Origin: Sphingomonadaceae bacterium
Lineage (GTDB): Bacteria > Pseudomonadota > Alphaproteobacteria > Sphingomonadales > Sphingomonadaceae
DNA length: 64,000 bases
Reading direction: 5' to 3'
Assembly (NCBI GenBank): GCA_947476735.1
Contig: CANJRZ010000001.1
Location: 17,288-81,287 of the forward strand
Positions 58,637-64,000 of this stretch are shown in pieces; the first letter of the stretch is position 1, and every line of letters starts with the position of its first letter. The translations under genes were made by a program, and so were the position numbers. The notes under the pieces were generated by a model that ran no database searches, was not told where the DNA came from, and saw only the letters and a program-made list of their open reading frames with translations.

Positions 58637-59507
58637 AGCAGGCCATCGCTTCGAATGTTTCGGCGGCCCCGGGGAGGTCGACACCGCGCGTCACCGCAAC
58701 ATGCTCCATGCCCGGGATGACCTGGAGGTCGGCTGCGATTCCGGCCTTGCACAGCGCCGCATGATATTCCCAGCTATCTGCGGCGAGCACTTCGCCTGCG
58801 CCGACATTGACGAAGGCTGGCGGCAGTCCCGAGACTGAACCAAACAGCGGCGAAGCAAGCGGGTGGTTTGGCGAGACGCCCTGCAGGTAAAGTTGTGCAG
58901 CTTCGCTTGCCGCGACCCGTGAGAACAGCGGGTCAGTTGTGGCGTTTTTCTCATAAGTGACGCTGGTTACCGTGAGATCCAGCCAGGGCGAGAGCAGCGC
59001 TAGCCCTGCGAGTAGACGATCTTGCGCGGTGACTAATGCAGAGAGACTTGCCGCCAGTCCTCCACCTGCGGAATCTCCCGACACAATGAGCGGTATTTCG
59101 GTTCGATCGCGGAGAGCGTCGATCACCGCCATGCCATCGACCAGGGCCGCGGGGAAAGGGTGCTCGGGAGCGAGCCGATAGGCTGGACAGATCACGCTCA
59201 CGCGGCACCGCCGGGCAAGGGCGGATGCGAACGGTGCGACAGTTTCTGGTGCGCCGATCCGGAACGCTCCGCCGTGCCTATGCACCAGCAGCCCGCGCGA
59301 TGGCCCCGGCGGATCGAAGCGCAGCGTGCGGACAGCGCCGATCACGACCTCCTGTGGAGGCGGATCGGTCCGCCATACGCCTTGCGCAATGGCGGCGGCC
59401 AGCCCGGCACGACGCTGGGCTAGATCCTCGGATGGTGCATGGCCTGACCGTTCGGACGGCAATTGGATAGCGGCAGCCTTCATCCTTGTCGCGGAGGCGG
59501 ACACCAT
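58533..59507 (-). CDS. Alpha/beta hydrolase (HSL-family esterase)
   Basis: HGGAF, YRLAPEHPFPAA, GDSAGG nucleophile, H in GMEHV. Confidence 0.9.
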   Translation of the reverse strand: MVSASATRMKAAAIQLPSERSGHAPSEDLAQRRAGLAAAIAQGVWRTDPPPQEVVIGAVRTLRFDPPGPSRGLLVHRHGGAFRIGAPETVAPFASALARRCRVSVICPAYRLAPEHPFPAALVDGMAVIDALRDRTEIPLIVSGDSAGGGLAASLSALVTAQDRLLAGLALLSPWLDLTVTSVTYEKNATTDPLFSRVAASEAAQLYLQGVSPNHPLASPLFGSVSGLPPAFVNVGAGEVLAADSWEYHAALCKAGIAADLQVIPGMEHVAVTRGVDLPGAAETFEAMACFIENALAKAPTRHDASATAQPNGAGPVASGRGSS

Positions 59508-60307
59508 CAGGCGTCGGGTACCTTGCGACCCAGGTCGAACAGTGTGGCGGCGGTATAGCCGCCGTCGACCGCCAATGTCTCACCGGTCACATAGCTCGAC
59601 ATGTCCGACAGGAAAAATACGAGGGCGCTGGCGATTTCGTCGACCGAAGCTCGTCGGCGCATCGGTACACGGGCCATCATTCGCGCCTCGCCCTCTGCTC
59701 CGGTATGCGGAACACGGGGTGTAACGACCGCCCCGGCCGCGACAATGTTGACCCGGATGCCATGCGGAGACCACTCCTCGGCCATGCTCTTTGCGAGGTT
59801 GATCAGCCCTGCCTTGGCGGCGCCGTAGGCAGCATGGAGAGGCGCCGAGCGCAGTCCGTCGACCGAACTGACACAGGCGATCGATCCCGCAGCGCCCCGA
59901 TCGAGCAGGCAGCGGGCGACTTCGCGCGCGGCAAGAAAAAAGTACCGCAGGTTACGGCCGTGGTCGAGATCCCAGGTCGCCATGTCCATGTCGATCAGCG
60001 GGCTCCATGCTGCCATGCCGATGACCGAAACCATGCCATCCAGGGGACCGCACTCGCGTTCCACCTGACGAATTCCGGCCACCAGCGCATCGTCGTCGAG
60101 CACGTCGAATGAGTAAGGAAGCGCGGCTCCGCCGGACTTGGCGATCTCCGCCGCGACGCGCTCGGCGCGTTCGGCTTCGCGATCAACCAAGGCAACGGCG
60201 CCTCCGAGCGATGCTACCAGCCTGGCGGTCGCCTCGCCCATCCCCTGGCCACCCCCGAGCACGAGGATGCGCTTGCCTTCAAGCCCGAGCAACAAGCGCG
60301 CGGTCAT
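59507..60307 (-). CDS. SDR oxidoreductase
   Basis: GGGQGMG, YGAAK; ATG 60307 with AAGGA SD. Confidence 0.9.
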   Translation of the reverse strand: MTARLLLGLEGKRILVLGGGQGMGEATARLVASLGGAVALVDREAERAERVAAEIAKSGGAALPYSFDVLDDDALVAGIRQVERECGPLDGMVSVIGMAAWSPLIDMDMATWDLDHGRNLRYFFLAAREVARCLLDRGAAGSIACVSSVDGLRSAPLHAAYGAAKAGLINLAKSMAEEWSPHGIRVNIVAAGAVVTPRVPHTGAEGEARMMARVPMRRRASVDEIASALVFFLSDMSSYVTGETLAVDGGYTAATLFDLGRKVPDA

Positions 60308-60344
60308 AGAACTGGTCCTTTCCACTTGGCGGATGTTGCGAAGG

Positions 60345-61535
60345 CTAAAGCGACGAGTCTGCGGCGGTCAGATTGCTCTTCTCCGCTGCGTGTATCGCGT
60401 CGGCGAGGGGGCCGGCGATCTGGTTTGCGCCGCGCTTGGCCAGTTCGGGGATGACATATGTGCCGAGGAGTTCGATCGACTTCTGGACCGCTTCGTTCGG
60501 AAGATAGCCGAAGTTCAGGTAGCACAGCAGCTGGTCCACGCCGACGTCGGCATACTTCAGGCACTTCTCGAGACACTCGTCGGGCGTGCCGACGATCACC
60601 ATGTCCTCCTTGTCGAACAATTCGATGTCGAAGTCGCCGCGCGCCTGCCGGTCGAGCAGGGGGAAGGCTTCCTTCTGCTGTTCGGGCGACAGGTGCGAGA
60701 ACTCCCATTTGAGGTGGAATTCGGCGAGGCCCTTGTACCACCACCACATCGAATCCCAGACACGGTCGCGCGCGAAACTGTCGCGCGATTCAGCACAATG
60801 GACCAGCGTGTAAATGCCGACTTTGTTGGTCGCGACGCGTGTCAGCGGGACGGCACGCTCCTGCGCCGCGCGATAGGCGGCTATCAACGGTTGCAGCGTG
60901 CTCAGCGGCTGCAGAATGCTGAAGCACAGCAGACCACAGCCATTCTCGCCCGCCATGACGGCGCTGGATTGGGTCGACGCCGCCATCCAAGCGGGAGGAT
61001 GCGGATCCTGCCAAGGCTTGGGAGTCACCATTCGCTTCGGAAAGTCGAGGAATTCCGAATGTTCTTCGTAATATTGTTCTTCCCACATGCCGACCACGGA
61101 CCGTGCCGCCGCCAGCATCTTTTCCTTGCTCGTGGCGATATCCACGCCGAACGCCGCCTGCTCCATCGGTGTCGAGCGACCGAGCCCCCACTGTGCCCGC
61201 CCGTGCGACAGGACGTCGACCGTGGCGACCTTTTCGGCGACCCGCGCTGGATGGATGAATTCGTGGGGCATCAGGGAAACGCCGAAGCCGAGCTTTATAT
61301 TCCTGGTGATCTGTGAGAGCGCTCCGAGCACCACCTCGTTCGAGGGCATGTGCGAGCGATTTTCGCGGAAGTGATGCTCGACGCACCAGACGGTGTCAAA
61401 GCCCATCTTGTCGGCGAGCACTATCTGCTCGATGCATTCCTCGTAAACCTTGCGTTCGGCCATGCGCTGGCCCCAGGGGTGCTCCCCTTCCCATGGCTGA
61501 GGAACATCGAACTCATATAAAAGACCCAGATCCAT
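60345..61535 (-). CDS. Luciferase-like (LLM) flavin-dependent oxidoreductase
   Basis: WCVEHH, IKLGFGV, DVLSHGR, HPPAWMA. Confidence 0.9.
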   Translation of the reverse strand: MDLGLLYEFDVPQPWEGEHPWGQRMAERKVYEECIEQIVLADKMGFDTVWCVEHHFRENRSHMPSNEVVLGALSQITRNIKLGFGVSLMPHEFIHPARVAEKVATVDVLSHGRAQWGLGRSTPMEQAAFGVDIATSKEKMLAAARSVVGMWEEQYYEEHSEFLDFPKRMVTPKPWQDPHPPAWMAASTQSSAVMAGENGCGLLCFSILQPLSTLQPLIAAYRAAQERAVPLTRVATNKVGIYTLVHCAESRDSFARDRVWDSMWWWYKGLAEFHLKWEFSHLSPEQQKEAFPLLDRQARGDFDIELFDKEDMVIVGTPDECLEKCLKYADVGVDQLLCYLNFGYLPNEAVQKSIELLGTYVIPELAKRGANQIAGPLADAIHAAEKSNLTAADSSL

Positions 61536-61623
61536 CGCTCTCGCTCCACAATTTATCTTGCGCGTAATTTGATCTCATCGGGACCAATTGACAATCGCCA
61601 AGTATTATTTCGGAATAGATCCG

Positions 61624-61637
61624 TATATCCGGATATA
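61624..61637. promoter_or_regulatory. Perfect 14-bp palindrome TATATCCGGATATA upstream of the LLM gene
   Basis: Located in the AT-rich intergenic region 61536-61768. Confidence 0.45.
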
Positions 61638-61768
61638 TTTACGTAATTGCGGATTTCATCTTCGAGTACAGATGGCTTTGTGCATTTAACGCGTTGCGAA
61701 GGATGGGCAGCTGGCGGGAAGATCCAGATCGATCGGTTCCGCGCATCAACCGATGGAATGCGGTCCGA

Positions 61769-62167
61769 TTACTCCGGCACGAACAAGGGAAACGCGTCGC
61801 CAGCACCCGTGCGGATGCACACGCGCATCCCGCTTTTGACGGCATCGGGTGCGATGCCGACGAGGCGGGTGTGAAAATAAGGGCCTTCGTCGAGGCGCAC
61901 TACCGCGACGGTATAGGGAACCTCTGAGGCGAGCTCCTTGATATAGGCGCGGTGGAAGATCGTGAAAGTGTCGATCACGCCCGCTCCCGGCGTATCGACC
62001 CATTCCATGGCGCTCATGCCATGTGTCTGGCAGCAGGTCGCCGGCCAGTCATGGCGGCCGCAGATGCCGCAACGATGTAGCAGGAAGCGCTGATCAGAGG
62101 TCCATGCCTCCCAGAAGGGAGCATCGGGATCAGCCTTGATCAACGGCGCGATCGTATCGATGCTCAT
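61769..62167 (-). CDS. DUF35 Zn-ribbon / OB-fold acyl-CoA-binding protein
   Basis: CGICG..CCQTHG Zn ribbon, TFTIFHRA, PYTVAVVRLDEGP; coupled to the thiolase-fold gene. Confidence 0.9.
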   Translation of the reverse strand: MSIDTIAPLIKADPDAPFWEAWTSDQRFLLHRCGICGRHDWPATCCQTHGMSAMEWVDTPGAGVIDTFTIFHRAYIKELASEVPYTVAVVRLDEGPYFHTRLVGIAPDAVKSGMRVCIRTGAGDAFPLFVPE

Positions 62168-63318
62168 GGCTGCGCTCCCAGGATCAGTGTTGCGTGGGAC
62201 CAGGTGTTCTGAACGCCGCCGTTAAGGCCATGGCCGCTGACCAACGCGAACTCCGCGTCCTTCACCTGGGTCGGGCCGGACTGGCCGCGCAACTGCTTCA
62301 TGGCTTCAATGATCGGTGTGAAGCCGGCTGCGTAGAATCCGGAAATCTGACCGCCGCCGGTATTGGCCGGGATACGTCCATCAAGGGCTATGCCGCCGTC
62401 CGCGACGAATGGTCCACCCTGTCCGGGCTTGCAGAAGCCGTAATGTTCCAGCTGCATGATGATCGAGATCGTGAACGGATCGTAAAATTGCGCGGTGTCG
62501 ATATCGTCGAGCGTTAAGCCGGCTTGGGCAAAGGCGCGCGCCGCGGCCGGCGCGATGTCGTCGTGGTGCGAATAAACATCGCGACGGTGCCAGTTGCCGA
62601 TATTGTGTCCGGTACCAGCGCCATGGATGTAGATGGGGTGTATGCCGGGAAGCGACCGGGCGCGTTCGGCGCTGGTCAGCAGGAACACCGCACCGCCGTC
62701 GGTGTCACGACAGCAGTCGAGCATGCGGAAGGGATCGACCACCATCGCCGAAGCCTGATGGTCCTCGATCGTGATCGGCTGACCATAAGTGATCGCATCC
62801 GTGCGGTGCAGCGCGTGGTTGCGGAGCTGGACGGCGACGGCACCGAGGTGACGGCTGGTCGTACCGTAATGATCCATGTGCCAGCGTGCGTGCAGGGCGT
62901 GGGCGCTGGCCGCACCGATCATCCCAACGCGCGCCGGATAGCCGTAGGATAGCGAACCGAAGGATGTCTTGCCGCCAAATCCGGGCATGCCGCCCGATGA
63001 AGGTGCCATGCCATAGGCGCATGCCACCATCTCTGCCTGTCCGGACAGGATCGCGCCCGCCGCCATGATGAAGCTTGAGGGAGCGGTGGCTCCGCCCGTT
63101 TGCACCGGCCAGGAAAAGTTCGGCGATAGACCGAGATAGCGCAGATCCTCGCGTTCGTGCGAAGCGTGAATGTAACCGTCGATCGCGTCACGCTGAAGGC
63201 CCGCATCGGCGAGCGCCAGCTCGAGCGCCTGACGGCGCAGATCGACATCAAGCGTTCCGAGCGCGCGCCCCTGATGCGTCACGCCCATTCCGACGATCGC
63301 AATGCTTCCGGACTTCAT
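62164..63318 (-). CDS. Thiolase-superfamily protein, Ltp2-type (probable acyl-CoA retro-aldolase)
   Basis: GGAT where thiolases have the nucleophilic Cys; LDCCRDTDG, FYDPF, NTGGGQISGFY. Confidence 0.85.
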   Translation of the reverse strand: MKSGSIAIVGMGVTHQGRALGTLDVDLRRQALELALADAGLQRDAIDGYIHASHEREDLRYLGLSPNFSWPVQTGGATAPSSFIMAAGAILSGQAEMVACAYGMAPSSGGMPGFGGKTSFGSLSYGYPARVGMIGAASAHALHARWHMDHYGTTSRHLGAVAVQLRNHALHRTDAITYGQPITIEDHQASAMVVDPFRMLDCCRDTDGGAVFLLTSAERARSLPGIHPIYIHGAGTGHNIGNWHRRDVYSHHDDIAPAAARAFAQAGLTLDDIDTAQFYDPFTISIIMQLEHYGFCKPGQGGPFVADGGIALDGRIPANTGGGQISGFYAAGFTPIIEAMKQLRGQSGPTQVKDAEFALVSGHGLNGGVQNTWSHATLILGAQP

Positions 63319-63341
63319 GGGTACTCTCCTGCGCCTGACGA

Positions 63342-64000
63342 TCAGCCGGCAGAGCCGAGGTTCAAGACCTGAATTTCCTGGAACGCCCGAATTCCCTCGA
63401 CCCCGCGCTCACGACCGATACCACTCATCTTGTGCCCACCCGACGAGGCGTAGGCGCTGCCCATCATCGTATTGACGTTGACTGTCCCGGTCCTGAGACG
63501 CTTCGCAACGTCCAGTGCGAGGTGGGCATCCTTGCCGTGGACATAGCCTGAAAGCCCGAGCGGAGAGTCGTTGGCCATTTCCACCGCATGATCGACATCG
63601 CGATAACCGATCACGCCGATGACGGGTCCGAAGATCTCGTCCTGCGCGGCCGGGTTCTTGTTGTCGGGCAGATCAAGAATGGTTGGTTCGAAGAAGAAGC
63701 CAGGCCGATCGGCGCGTTTGCCGCCAGCTACCACCTTCGCGCCCGCTTCAATCGCCAGCAGGACATAACGTTCGCACCGCGCGACCTGTGCCGCGCTGAT
63801 GACAGGCCCCATGGTTGTCGCAGGATCGTTTGAATCGCCGATCTTTGCATAGGCGAGACTCGCCTTCATCGCGGCAAGCACCTGTGCCTTGTCCGCTTCG
63901 GGCACGAATACCCGGGTACCGAGTACGCATCCTTGGCCGGCATGGGCCATGCACACGCCGATAGCGGCATTGAAGGCCGCCTCGATGCGATCAGGCAGAA
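63342..64000 (-). CDS. Aldehyde dehydrogenase, C-terminal part; starts outside the window
   Basis: AGQGC catalytic Cys, QDEIFGPV, GIGRERG; frame open to the window end. Confidence 0.9.
   Translation of the reverse strand, partial: LPDRIEAAFNAAIGVCMAHAGQGCVLGTRVFVPEADKAQVLAAMKASLAYAKIGDSNDPATTMGPVISAAQVARCERYVLLAIEAGAKVVAGGKRADRPGFFFEPTILDLPDNKNPAAQDEIFGPVIGVIGYRDVDHAVEMANDSPLGLSGYVHGKDAHLALDVAKRLRTGTVNVNTMMGSAYASSGGHKMSGIGRERGVEGIRAFQEIQVLNLGSAG

Overview
High-GC, alphaproteobacterial-looking DNA (sphingomonad-like by gene content; an inference). It is almost entirely catabolic and accessory and falls into four blocks. (1) 1-23.7 kb: an arylsulfatase (partial), a TonB-dependent receptor, a formylglycine-generating enzyme and a MarR regulator, linked to CoA-thioester and oxidation genes (BKACE, HMG-CoA-lyase-like, ACADs, two CaiB CoA transferases, ADH, LLM monooxygenase, ALDH, CYP108-like P450, SDRs). 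It ends in an lvaD/lvaC/kinase-like 4-hydroxyacyl-CoA module. Four AT-rich promoters share a 19-bp TAGT-N11-ACTA-type motif. (2) 23.7-28.9 kb: a decayed integrative element with an orphan C-protein-like HTH gene and C-box, a frameshifted and truncated ParB-methyltransferase, a roughly 400-bp array of CCCTG(A/T)T motifs, and an intact large serine recombinase with DUF2924- and DUF3489-like genes. (3) 30-40 kb: a complete-looking oxidative (Weimberg-type) pentose, probably L-arabinose, pathway with GH51 and FadR. (4) 40-64 kb: a lipid, steroid or aromatic-like catabolic region (KstD-like flavoprotein, fused double ACAD, Rieske oxygenase, DUF2236, Ltp2-like aldolase with DUF35 partner, cupin and two kinases, two IclRs). 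Three copies of a 35-bp GTCCAATATCA-N13-TGATATTGGAC palindrome occur here. No rRNA, tRNA or CRISPR array was seen. Family calls come from motif recognition and recalled family knowledge, not from database searches.
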